Below the pieces are notes generated by a model. It saw nothing but the letters and a program-made list of their open reading frames with translations, was not told the origin of the DNA and searched no databases. A DNA stretch of 64,000 nt from an uncultured Acidobacteriota bacterium. GTDB lineage: Bacteria > Acidobacteriota > Terriglobia > Acidiferrales > UBA7541. Position 1 is the stretch's first letter. Each line of letters opens with the position of its first letter. A program made the position numbers and the translations under genes. This document shows positions 20,660 to 29,417 of the stretch, in pieces. The stretch spans positions 11,459 to 75,458 of the forward strand of contig CAVXBO010000005.1 of NCBI GenBank assembly GCA_963760165.1, written 5' to 3'.

Positions 20660-21633
20660 TGGCGCCGGTCACGATGCTGGAAGCGATTCGCCAGGCGATT
20701 TTCGAGGAGATGGAGCGCGATCCTTCGGTGGTTGCCATCGGCGAAGACATCGGTGTTTACGGCGGGGCCTTCAAAGTCACCGCCGGACTGCTCGAGCGCT
20801 TCGGCTGGGAGCGCGTGATCGACACGCCCATCAGCGAGACCGCGATTATCGGTGCCGCCGTGGGCATGAGCTACCAGGGTTTGCGGCCGATTGCCGAGCT
20901 GCAGTTCATCGATTTCATCGCCTGCTGTTTCAACCAAATCACCAACTTTGTGGCCAAGTCGCATTATCGCTGGGGCGCGCCCGTGCCGATGGTGATGCGT
21001 GGGCCCTCCGGCGGAGGGGTGCACGGCGGCCCGTTCCATTCCGCGAACCCCGAAATGTATTTCGTGCACACGCCCGGATTGAAAGTGATTTATCCCTCGA
21101 CAGCGTATGATGCCAAAGGCCTTCTGAAGTCCGCGATACGCGACAATAATCCGGTGCTCTTCCTCGAGCACAAATTTCTGTATCGCCGCATCAAGGAAGA
21201 GCTACCCAGCGACGATTACACCGTGCCCATCGGAAAAGCCATCGTTCGCCGCGAAGGCCGCGACCTGACCATCGTGACCTACGCGGCCATGATGCACACG
21301 TCGCTCGAGGCCGCCGAGGAATTGGCGAAAGAGGGCATTGAAGCGGAAGTGGTCGACCTGCGCACCCTGCTGCCCTTGGACAAAGAGACCATTTTGCAGT
21401 CGGTGAAAAAGACGAATAAGTTGCTGATTGTCCACGAAGACACGCGTACCGGTGGGATTGCTGGAGAAATTGCCGCGGTTGCCTGCGAAAACGCGTTCGA
21501 GGATTTGGACGGCCCAATTCTGCGCGTGACCGCGAAGGATTCGCCGGTGCCGTTTTCGCCGCCGCTTGAGGAACGCTTTTTGCCGAATAAAAACGACATT
21601 CTTGCAACAGCGCGCGAACTGGCAGCGTATTGA
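20659..21633 (+). CDS. 2-oxoacid dehydrogenase E1 beta subunit
   Basis: 324 aa, transketolase-like pyrimidine-binding and C-terminal domains (DTPISE, VVDLRTL). Confidence 0.93.
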   Translation: MAPVTMLEAIRQAIFEEMERDPSVVAIGEDIGVYGGAFKVTAGLLERFGWERVIDTPISETAIIGAAVGMSYQGLRPIAELQFIDFIACCFNQITNFVAKSHYRWGAPVPMVMRGPSGGGVHGGPFHSANPEMYFVHTPGLKVIYPSTAYDAKGLLKSAIRDNNPVLFLEHKFLYRRIKEELPSDDYTVPIGKAIVRREGRDLTIVTYAAMMHTSLEAAEELAKEGIEAEVVDLRTLLPLDKETILQSVKKTNKLLIVHEDTRTGGIAGEIAAVACENAFEDLDGPILRVTAKDSPVPFSPPLEERFLPNKNDILATARELAAY

Positions 21634-21651
21634 ACTCCCAAGGAGAGAGCA

Positions 21652-23103
21652 ATGGCGACTGACATCATCATGCCCCAGATGGGCGAAAGCATTTTCGAAG
21701 GCACCATCACCAAGTGGCTCAAGAAGCCGGGCGAGAAGGTGGAACGCGACGAGCCGCTCTTCGAGATTTCGACGGACAAGGTTGACGCGGAGATTCCTTC
21801 TCCCGCGGCAGGCGTGCTGAGGGAGATCAAGGTTTCCGAGGGACAGACGGTTCCCATTCAGACTGTTGTCGGCGTGATTGACGGGGCTGGCGGCGCCGCG
21901 GCATCCGCATCAGCGCCCGTGCCGGCGAAACCGGAACCACGGCAACAGGAAGCGCGTCAGCGCGAAGACGAAAAACCGGCGCCCGCATCCGCTCCGAGCA
22001 AAGCGGAGGCCGCCAAGGCCGACGCCCCAAAGGCCGCCGCTGCTCAGCCGCCGGCCCCAGCGCCGCAGTCTGCGCCCCAACCTGCGTCACGACCCGTTGC
22101 CGCAGCTGGCGCGGCTGCTCCGCCGCAGCGTCCGGGAGCGGAAAAAGTGCGCAGCTCTCCGCTGGTGCGGCGCCTGGCCAAGGAAAACAATGTCGATTTG
22201 ACGCAGGTCCCCGGCACTGGGGCCGGCGGCAGAGTAAGCAAGAAGGACATTTTGTCCGCGATGGAAGGCGGTGGCGCAGCCAGCCAGCAAGCGCCGACGC
22301 CATCGTATGCGCCTCCGGCCCAGCGTCCGGCTCCTCCGCCTCCAACGTCTGCCGGAGGCCAGGCGCATGCCGTTCTAGAGACAGCGGTGCCGCGCGAGCG
22401 CATGTATTTCGGAAATTACAGCGTCGAGCCCATGAGCGTCATGCGGCAGAGGATTGCCGAGCACATGGTCATGTCCAAGCGCGTGTCCCCGCACGTCTAT
22501 TCCATCGACGAGGCCGACGTCACCGGGCTGGTCAAGCTGCGCAATCAGAAAAAGGAGGAATTCGAGCGCACCACCGGTTCGAAGCTGACCTTCATGCCCT
22601 TCTTCATTCGCGCCGCGGTGGAGGGTTTGCGCGCTTTTCCCACGGTGAATTCCTCCGTGGACGGCACGAACATTGTGCTGCATCGCGAATGCAACATCGG
22701 CATCGCCGTAGCGCTCGATTGGGGCCTGATTGTCCCGGTGGTGAAAAACGCCGAGGAGAAGAATTTCCTTGGACTGCAGCGCGCCATCAACGATTTGGCG
22801 GAGCGCGCTCGTTCGAAGCGTCTCAAGCCTGAAGAAGTCCAGGAGGGCACTTTCTCGATCACCAATCCCGGCGTGTTCGGCGGTTTGATGGGCTTGCCGG
22901 TGATCAACCAGCCCAACGTCGCGATTCTGGGCCTTGGCACCATTGAGAAAAGGCCTGTGGTCGTCGATGACGCGATCGCCATCCGCTCGATGGTCTATCT
23001 CACGCTGAGCTACGACCATCGCGTGGTGGATGGCGCCATCGCGCACCAGTTCATGGGCAAGGTCAAACACTTCCTCGAGAACTGGACCGAAAGCGTCCTT
23101 TAG
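21652..23103 (+). CDS. dihydrolipoamide acyltransferase (E2)
   Basis: Lipoyl domain (EISTDKVDAEIPSP), Ala/Pro linkers, subunit-binding domain (SPLVRRLAKENNVDL) and catalytic DHRVVDG. Confidence 0.93.
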   Translation: MATDIIMPQMGESIFEGTITKWLKKPGEKVERDEPLFEISTDKVDAEIPSPAAGVLREIKVSEGQTVPIQTVVGVIDGAGGAAASASAPVPAKPEPRQQEARQREDEKPAPASAPSKAEAAKADAPKAAAAQPPAPAPQSAPQPASRPVAAAGAAAPPQRPGAEKVRSSPLVRRLAKENNVDLTQVPGTGAGGRVSKKDILSAMEGGGAASQQAPTPSYAPPAQRPAPPPPTSAGGQAHAVLETAVPRERMYFGNYSVEPMSVMRQRIAEHMVMSKRVSPHVYSIDEADVTGLVKLRNQKKEEFERTTGSKLTFMPFFIRAAVEGLRAFPTVNSSVDGTNIVLHRECNIGIAVALDWGLIVPVVKNAEEKNFLGLQRAINDLAERARSKRLKPEEVQEGTFSITNPGVFGGLMGLPVINQPNVAILGLGTIEKRPVVVDDAIAIRSMVYLTLSYDHRVVDGAIAHQFMGKVKHFLENWTESVL

Positions 23104-23126
23104 AGTTCCCCAGCCAGTCTCTCCAG

Positions 23127-23152
23127 CGGGGCGGGATCGCTCTCCCGCCCCG
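23127..23152. terminator. hairpin terminator between convergent E2 and DUF3037 genes
   Basis: Perfect 10-bp stem CGGGGCGGGA/TCCCGCCCCG with a 6-nt loop, followed by TTCCTATTT on the plus strand. Confidence 0.55.
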
Positions 23153-23180
23153 TTCCTATTTCAGGTGGTTGGCGGGAAGC

Positions 23181-23990
23181 CTATTGCAGGCGCAGGCGCA
23201 AGCGCTCGGCGAACATCTCCACTTGCGGCAGCGGAACGATGCTGATCTTCTGCTCATCGAACAGGCGCACTACGAACTGGTGCCTGGGATTCTCCCGCTC
23301 AGGCGCGACCTCGGTGATGGCCGCGAACTCCGAATTGGCGTGGCGTGCGCGAATGCATTCCGCGGTGTAGGCCAGCACTTTGGCCTGCGCCGGGTCTCGT
23401 GCCAGCGACAGCGCTTGCACATATCCGCGCGTGCCGTTGTAGCGGTAGCCGTAGTCGATGCGCAGGGGGTCGCCGGGCTGCGTGAATTGTTCCGCCCGCA
23501 CGCTTTTTTCCATTTTCGCGAGGATGCGATGCCTGCGGAAAACGTCACTCAGTTTCATGCGAATCCATGCGCGGGTATTTTCCAATATCGTGGCGCCCCG
23601 ACCCGTGCGCGCCGGCACGGCCACGTGGTTGTGATAGAGCCGCTCCAGTTCCGCGTCAAAGTCTTCGCTCATCACCGCCTTGCGAGGGCTGAGTTGCAGA
23701 GTATTGGAGAGTGTCTGTTCCATTTTTTCGATCCACGCGGCGCTTGCGCCCGTGGAGGCAAGTTCTGCTTGGAATGAGGCGGGAAGAGCGCGCAGAAGCG
23801 CGTCGTCGGCGTTCGGATGCAGCCTGCGAACGCGCAGGATTTCCGCATCGTCCTCGATGAGCCGCGCGCGGGCCACTTGTTTCTGCGGATCCTCGAGGAG
23901 AATCCCAACGTTCACCCATTCGTCGCGGATCAGATTCGGTGTGTAGCGCAAAACGCGATAGGTCAGCGTGCTGCGATTCGATTCATTCAT
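23181..23990 (-). CDS. DUF3037-like protein
   Basis: 269 aa. The N-terminus YRVLRYTPNLIRDEWVNVGILLEDP matches my recollection of the DUF3037 signature. Its start lies 3 nt after the upstream kinase stop. Confidence 0.65.
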   Translation of the reverse strand: MNESNRSTLTYRVLRYTPNLIRDEWVNVGILLEDPQKQVARARLIEDDAEILRVRRLHPNADDALLRALPASFQAELASTGASAAWIEKMEQTLSNTLQLSPRKAVMSEDFDAELERLYHNHVAVPARTGRGATILENTRAWIRMKLSDVFRRHRILAKMEKSVRAEQFTQPGDPLRIDYGYRYNGTRGYVQALSLARDPAQAKVLAYTAECIRARHANSEFAAITEVAPERENPRHQFVVRLFDEQKISIVPLPQVEMFAERLRLRLQ

Positions 23991-23993
23991 GTT

Positions 23994-24791
23994 TCACGTC
24001 CAGTGGGGAAAGGGCATACGCGAAGAGTTCTTCGCGCTCAGAACCAGCTCCCGTACGAGCTTGCGCCTGCGAAGCAGCTGCTCCAGCAAGCGATAGAGGG
24101 CGTCCTGGTCGAAATTGTACCATTCGGGAGGAATCTCCCGCGCAACCTCATCCAGCACGCTTTCATCCATCCGCTTTTCCACGCGCTCGATCCAAGGCTC
24201 GAATACTTCCCAGCCGCGCACTGTTTCGTAGACCTGCGAGCGGGCGTAAATTCCGCGCAGCGGAGCGTCGGGGAAATTCCATTCCGCAGCATTGAAGCAA
24301 AAGCCGTGATCGATCATCACCGCGCGATAGCGCTCCGAATCCCGCGCGCGCAAGAAGATCGCTTGCCTGCCGTTGGTGTTGCAGGTCCATTTGTCGAAGA
24401 CGAAAATACCGCAAAAGTCCGCCAGATTCTCGACCTGGCGCAATTGCTCGTCCGGCAGAAAGTCGTATACCGCGGTTGTTGCCGGGTGGCCGGGGTATTG
24501 CGAGCCGAATTCCAGACCCGCCGCGCATGGCACTCTGCCGCGGCCAAGCTGCACCACCAAATCCTCGGTCAACGCCACCATGTCCGGGCGCACCTCGACG
24601 ACCGCCGCGCCCGCCACCGACACCCCGATTCTTGCCGCCAATCGTGTGCCCAGCAATTCGTTCGCCAGAATCCGCGTCCCCTGCGGATTGTTCTGGAATT
24701 TGACGATATAGAAGTTTTCGTCTTCGCAGCGCATCAAATGGGACTGCGCGCCACCGCGCATTCGTCGGATGTGTTCGATAGCCAGCGGCAT
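23994..24791 (-). CDS. HipA-like (HipA_C-type) kinase-fold protein without HipA N-terminal domains
   Basis: 265 aa with an N-lobe-like YIVKF...NELLG, FVFDKWTCNTNGRQ at the catalytic-loop position and MIDHGFCF at the metal-binding position. Confidence 0.65.
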   Translation of the reverse strand: MPLAIEHIRRMRGGAQSHLMRCEDENFYIVKFQNNPQGTRILANELLGTRLAARIGVSVAGAAVVEVRPDMVALTEDLVVQLGRGRVPCAAGLEFGSQYPGHPATTAVYDFLPDEQLRQVENLADFCGIFVFDKWTCNTNGRQAIFLRARDSERYRAVMIDHGFCFNAAEWNFPDAPLRGIYARSQVYETVRGWEVFEPWIERVEKRMDESVLDEVAREIPPEWYNFDQDALYRLLEQLLRRRKLVRELVLSAKNSSRMPFPHWT

Positions 24792-24937
24792 CGCGCCGTT
24801 ATGCTAGCCAGCGTTCCGGCGCGCGGCAAGAAAAACATTTTCAATTTGGGAACGAGTACTGAGTCGATAAGGCGCTGAAAATTCCGAAGAGCCGAATTGT
24901 TTCAAGATGGCACACGCGCTTCAATGCCTTTTGCGCA

Positions 24938-26815
24938 TCACACTTTCAATCCGATCCAACGCATCAGGTCCAAAGCGTTGCTCTTCGGGACCACCCCGTC
25001 GCGCAATTTGTAATCAAAACTCATCTCCCCGTTCACAATCTGATCCTCGAAGTGAACGTTACGAACGTTTCCGTCGAGCGTTGCCTGGATCCGCGTAAGC
25101 GCCAGATCGTGAGTCGTTACCATGCCCACGGCGTCCCGGGCGAGCAGCGCGTGCAGCAGGGCTTCTGAGCCAATCTGCCGGTCGTGCGAATTCGTTCCCT
25201 CGAGCAATTCGTCAAACAGGAAAAGGAGCGGACCATCCTTTTCCGAAAGGGCCGCCACTTGGCGGATGCGCAGAATCTCCGTATAGAAATTTGAGCGGCC
25301 CTCCTGCAGCGAATCCGTGCTGCGGATTCGCGTGCCCAGCGCCATCCGGCACAACCGCAACGACTTCGCGCGCACCGGAGCCCCGGCCATCGCCAACACC
25401 GTGTTGACCCCCACCGTCCGCAATAATGTGCTCTTCCCGGACATGTTCGAACCACTCACCAACAGCACTCGTGTTCCGTCGCCAAGGTGCACGGAGTTTC
25501 GCACGCATTTCGCGGCGGGAATCAAGGGATGTCCGAGCTGCTCGCCGGCAAAAAAAGCGCGCCCTTCCCCGGACTTCGTGAATTCCGGAAAACAATCGTC
25601 CGGATGCTCGTAAGCGTATGCCGAAAGCGAAAGCAGCGCTTCGAACTCGGCCACCGCGTCGATGCAAAATTGCGCTTTGGGTCCCTCCCGCTTCCTCCAG
25701 GAATCGGCAGCGAAGCCAAGCTGAATTGTGTACAGCAAAGGCAGTTCGATGATCTTCATCAGCAGGCTGTCCCGCGCATCAATCCAATTCACCAGGTGCG
25801 CCAGCTTTTCCATGGTGCGCGAAGCGGGTCGCGGCCCGGCTCGCAGTTCGCGCTGGAAACGGCACAGCTTCTCCGAGGCAAATTCCCCGGTTTCGATCTG
25901 CCTCAGTATTTTCGAAAAAATAAGCAGCCCATCTTCGTTGCAGCCAATCCCGGCAATGGCCGCTTCCGCACGCTTGCGCAACCAGGCATAGACGCCGATG
26001 TTGATGATCAGCACGGCGAAAAACGGCCAGTACTTTGACCATCCGCTTGCGACCCATACGACTGTGGCGGCAATTTGCAGGAGCGCCAGCGCCACGGCGG
26101 TGGCTCGTAGGGCAGGACTTGCCAGCTTGGGAGGCGTCTCGGCCCACGAAACCAGCGCTCGAGCGTCGACTGTTCCTACCAGACCAGCGCCAAGGAGAAA
26201 CGTATTTTCCCGGAGATCCAGTTTTTCGCCAAGCTCGCTCACGATGCTCTGCCTCTCGCGAATCTCCGCCACGGACGCCGGCGACAGCAGCCAATTGGCG
26301 AGGCATTGCTCGCCCATCGGCGTTTTCGCCGACGATAAGAGCTCGAACAGGCCGCCGCGTCCAAAAATGTCCAAGTCATCCGCGTAGATGTGGCCTGCAT
26401 CGCGGAACCGCTCTCCGCATGCCCCGCTTCCGCTCCAGCGACCCTCGATCCTTGCCAAGCCGCGTTCGTAAAACGCCGCCGCGTGTTCCGCGCGGGTACG
26501 CGCGCGAATGGTGAGCTCGTGCCACACGGCGAACGCAATGTATGTGGCGACCGGAACCAGAAGCCAGTAGGGCGACACTCGATGACGGAAAAGCGCATAC
26601 CATGCCAGCGCCAGTCCCGTCACAATCACCAGCAATTTGCAATTGCCAATGCGGATGTGCACGCGTTCCCGCCCGGCGCGCACTTGCATTCGAGAGCTCC
26701 GTCGTGCTGCATATTCTATCGATGGCGCTTTCAATTCGTTCTTTTGCTCCTGCGCAGGCAACGTGCCGCGACCGCGGGTTTCAGCCAAACCGCACCAGTC
26801 TACATCGAGTAACAC
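24938..26815 (-). CDS. MutS-related ABC-type ATPase (MutS domain V only) with a membrane-spanning N-terminal half
   Basis: Walker A GSNMSGKSTLLRTVG and Walker B LFLFDELLEGTN. Several hydrophobic helices in the N-terminal half. No mismatch-binding domain seen. Exact start uncertain. Confidence 0.8.
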   Translation of the reverse strand: MLLDVDWCGLAETRGRGTLPAQEQKNELKAPSIEYAARRSSRMQVRAGRERVHIRIGNCKLLVIVTGLALAWYALFRHRVSPYWLLVPVATYIAFAVWHELTIRARTRAEHAAAFYERGLARIEGRWSGSGACGERFRDAGHIYADDLDIFGRGGLFELLSSAKTPMGEQCLANWLLSPASVAEIRERQSIVSELGEKLDLRENTFLLGAGLVGTVDARALVSWAETPPKLASPALRATAVALALLQIAATVVWVASGWSKYWPFFAVLIINIGVYAWLRKRAEAAIAGIGCNEDGLLIFSKILRQIETGEFASEKLCRFQRELRAGPRPASRTMEKLAHLVNWIDARDSLLMKIIELPLLYTIQLGFAADSWRKREGPKAQFCIDAVAEFEALLSLSAYAYEHPDDCFPEFTKSGEGRAFFAGEQLGHPLIPAAKCVRNSVHLGDGTRVLLVSGSNMSGKSTLLRTVGVNTVLAMAGAPVRAKSLRLCRMALGTRIRSTDSLQEGRSNFYTEILRIRQVAALSEKDGPLLFLFDELLEGTNSHDRQIGSEALLHALLARDAVGMVTTHDLALTRIQATLDGNVRNVHFEDQIVNGEMSFDYKLRDGVVPKSNALDLMRWIGLKV

Positions 26816-27278
26816 TTTTTCAAACGTGCAGTGAACAAGACCTGCTGCGTATTTACAAGTTTAGCCAGCAGTGTGTCCTCCTCAATTTCTGCCGGAAAAT
26901 GCCTGCCATTCGTACCACCACCCCAACCTTGATCGAGAGGTGCCTTGGAATGCAACTTGCCGTGCCGAGAGCTGACAACCGTGTTGAGCCGGAAAGGGCG
27001 TTCGAGCAGTGGCTGATCGCGGCCCTTGAGCATGGGCGTGCGCAATTGGCAGCGCGCAGGGTTGCCCCTCCGCCGATAGCCGCGGTTCAAGTCGACCGGT
27101 CGGCAGTGACCTTCAGTAACGGAGACCAATTCCGATAGGAACAGCTTGTCTGGCCGTACGCTTTCCGAAAACGAACCCGTCGTGAGCTGGCCGCTGTTGT
27201 AACTTGACCTGAAGTGTTTCTATCGACGCCCTGCCTGCTCCACAAACGTGCAAGTCGCATCTCAGTAGCCGGTGTACG

Positions 27279-27402
27279 CCCCCAAATTCCGTTGAAGCTG
27301 GCTAAAGAGCGCTCTGTCGCAAAATGGAGTCATAAGCTACAATGTTTCACGAACCCCGATCACGGAGAGGTGGCCGAGAGGCTGAAGGCGGCGGTTTGCT
27401 AA
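27279..27402 (+). repeat. left copy of a 124-bp direct repeat (tRNA-Ser upstream region plus the 5' 39 nt of the tRNA)
   Basis: Identical to 31323-31446 except one mismatch (G at 27326 versus C at 31370). The offset is 4044 bp. Confidence 0.92.
27364..27402 (+). pseudogene. tRNA-Ser(GCU) 5' fragment ending in the anticodon loop
   Basis: GGAGAGGTGGCCGAGAGGCTGAAGGCGGCGGTTTGCTAA, then it diverges from the intact gene at 31408. Confidence 0.9.
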
Positions 27403-27665
27403 CGCTAAATCGCTACTTCTCTAACTGAAACAGAATTCAACTAAATCCCTTTGCCAGCCGTTAGATACAGCGACTTTCGTTTTTCTGGATTTTCCTGATT
27501 TTTACCTGTTTTACGCGGTTTACTGTGACAATTTCGTGACAGTTGGCTCATTTCGGCCCCTCGCGCACTTGACTGTCACACGCTCAAGCGGCGATATACC
27601 GATCAGGATTTGGCAATGAGTTTCCCAGTGTTACAGGGGAGAGGCACAAACCTGCAACTGAGTCT

Positions 27666-27882
27666 TCAATGCACCATAGACTTCCACAACCTACTCTTAA
27701 GGAAGTGAATGAGGACGGCAATACAAAAGCCAGCCGCCATTACCAAGCACGACCACAATAGGAAGAAATAGAGCTCAAAAGGGAAGTTGTCGACTGAGAA
27801 GGGGGAATGTCCTTCGTACCACATCACAATTGCGTCGGCGGTTACGGGAAGAGGCACACAAGCAGCTACGGATGCCAGGAAT
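27666..27882 (-). pseudogene. 3' part of a multi-TM gene split by the IS element (putative RHS immunity gene)
   Basis: Removing the IS and one GTTC copy joins 29134 to 27882 in frame (...AMLKR-TFLASVAACVPLPVTADAIVMWYEG...), giving a 165-aa ORF. Confidence 0.8.
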
Positions 27883-27905
27883 GTTCTGTAGTGCTCCCCG
27901 CTAAT

Positions 27906-28781
27906 TTAGACAGTCAGGGCCTCGTTTTTTAGTACACCTGCAAAAGCCAAGAAGGCCTCGTGCGGGGTGCGATTGCGGACTCCGCGATGAGGCCGGTCGT
28001 GATTGTACTCCTCGATCCAACGAGCGATCGAGGCACGCGCTTCTTCCAAGCTGCGATATTCCGCCGTCCAGACTTCCTCTTCCTTCAGACTGCGATGGAA
28101 CCGTTCGATGTAGCTGTTGCCCTCCGGGTGATGATACGCCGTCCGCCGGTGGGTGATGCCGAGCCGCCCGAGCGTCTCCAAGAAGCGCGAAGAAGTGAAC
28201 TGCGTGCCGTTGTCCGTCGTGAGCGTCAGATTCGCCTCGCGGCTGCCCTCGGGCAGCCGTCCGAGTACGGCCTGCTCCACCGCAGCGAGCGCGTCTTCGG
28301 TCCGGCAGCGCTGCGAAAGATTCCAACCCACGATCTCCCGCGTGCAGCAGTCGATCACGCACACCAGGTACGCCCAACCCACCGCCGGCCCCGCCCAGAT
28401 CTTGGTCATGTCGGACTGCCAGATCTGATTCGGCCAGGCGGCTTCCACACGGCCCCACTCTTTCTTCCGTCGCGCACGCAAACGCCGCGAGCGTACCAGC
28501 AACCCACGTTCGCGCATCACCCGTAACACCCGCTTGTGATTCACCGGAAGGTTTTCTTTTCTCCGCAGCCACCAAGCGACGCGGCGATATCCGTACGCGG
28601 GTTTTTCCCCGCAGGCCACGACGATCTGCTCGTCATAGCGTCGGTCGGCCCGACTGCCTCGCGGCCGCTTCCGGTAGTACAGACTCGACCGGCTGATGGC
28701 CAACGTCGCCGCCACCAGCGTGGCCGTGTAGCCTTGCGTCACCATCTCTCGTGCCTGGGAGTGAGCCGCACCACAGCTCAC
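27906..28781 (-). CDS. IS3-family transposase OrfB (DDE/rve integrase core)
   Basis: 291 aa with IWQSDMT, TDNGTQFTS and YNHDRPH motifs. Confidence 0.9.
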   Translation of the reverse strand: MSCGAAHSQAREMVTQGYTATLVAATLAISRSSLYYRKRPRGSRADRRYDEQIVVACGEKPAYGYRRVAWWLRRKENLPVNHKRVLRVMRERGLLVRSRRLRARRKKEWGRVEAAWPNQIWQSDMTKIWAGPAVGWAYLVCVIDCCTREIVGWNLSQRCRTEDALAAVEQAVLGRLPEGSREANLTLTTDNGTQFTSSRFLETLGRLGITHRRTAYHHPEGNSYIERFHRSLKEEEVWTAEYRSLEEARASIARWIEEYNHDRPHRGVRNRTPHEAFLAFAGVLKNEALTV

Positions 28782-29065
28782 TCCCCCACGACGTTTTTTA
28801 GGATTTCGATCTCCAGCGATTTTCGCCCCAGCGTTCGTTCCAACTGCCGGATGCGATGGTCCTTCTCGGTTTCCGCCGCGGCAGCGCTTCTCCCCCCAAG
28901 CGCTGCCTTCGCTCCCTGCTCCGCTTCATCCTTCCAGCGATAGAACAGATTCGGAGCGATCCCGTGACGCCGACACGTCTCCGAGACGTTCCCGCTCTTG
29001 ATGCCTTCCTGCACGATCTGCCACTTTTCTTCCGGGGATCGATCTACGCGTGGTTTCCTGCCCAT
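28778..29065 (-). CDS. IS3-family transposase OrfA (HTH)
   Basis: 95 aa: PRVDRSPEEKWQIVQEG...ETCRRHGIAPNLFYRWK plus a leucine-zipper-like C-terminus. Confidence 0.9.
   Translation of the reverse strand: MGRKPRVDRSPEEKWQIVQEGIKSGNVSETCRRHGIAPNLFYRWKDEAEQGAKAALGGRSAAAAETEKDHRIRQLERTLGRKSLEIEILKNVVGE
28793..28799 (-). promoter_or_regulatory. -1 programmed ribosomal frameshift heptamer A-AAA-AAC (OrfAB fusion)
   Basis: In orfA frame the sequence is CTA AAA AAC. A -1 slip reads ...ILKKRRGGVSCGAAHS, which continues in the orfB frame. Confidence 0.55.
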
Positions 29066-29133
29066 GTTGCCTCCTGTTTGGAGGCCCCGATTCTACCTAA
29101 CTGAGGTGTCCAGTTTTAGCGGGGAGCACTACA

Positions 29134-29414
29134 GTTCTCTTCAACATCGCTTTATAACCGAAGTTTTCGCCCAGCAGAACTCCCAACACGACCACCACGA
29201 TAGCAACGGGCGTAAGCTCCAGAACTAGCCGAAATGATTCGACCGATACAATTCCGTCGCCTAGCGATGCACAAATGATCGCAAATGGGACTCCTCCGAA
29301 AATGAGCCCGAAAAAGATAGGCCCACTTATAGGATGGCCGAAAAATAGCCGAGTCTTTCGTAACAGTTCGCCTAGGGTACTCAATTCATGAATCCCCTTT
29401 CCTATCTCACCCAA
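29134..29414 (-). pseudogene. 5' part of the IS-split multi-TM gene (putative RHS immunity gene)
   Basis: TTG start 3 nt after the RHS stop. Hydrophobic helices are present. The ORF-track C-terminus (TVVLPAKTGHLS) is read from the IS inverted repeat. Confidence 0.8.
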
Positions 29415-29417
29415 AAT

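Larger units (their letters stand above)
27887..29133 (-). mobile_element. intact IS3-family insertion sequence (1247 bp)
   Basis: 18-bp perfect terminal inverted repeats TGTAGTGCTCCCCGCTAA, flanking 4-bp direct repeat GTTC (27883-27886 and 29134-29137), and an orfA/orfB pair with a frameshift site. Confidence 0.92.

Noticed and set aside
26816-27278. ORFs 26542-27138 (+) and 26800-27129 (-) between the MutS-like gene and the repeat; looked for an integrase remnant
   Set aside because: There are no recombinase motifs (no R..H-x-x-R..Y pattern), no RBS, and the two are mutually overlapping, so I treated the stretch as non-coding.
27214-27402. 62-aa ORF ending in the truncated tRNA copy
   Set aside because: Its C-terminal half is simply the translation of the tRNA 5' half (GEVAERLKAAVC).
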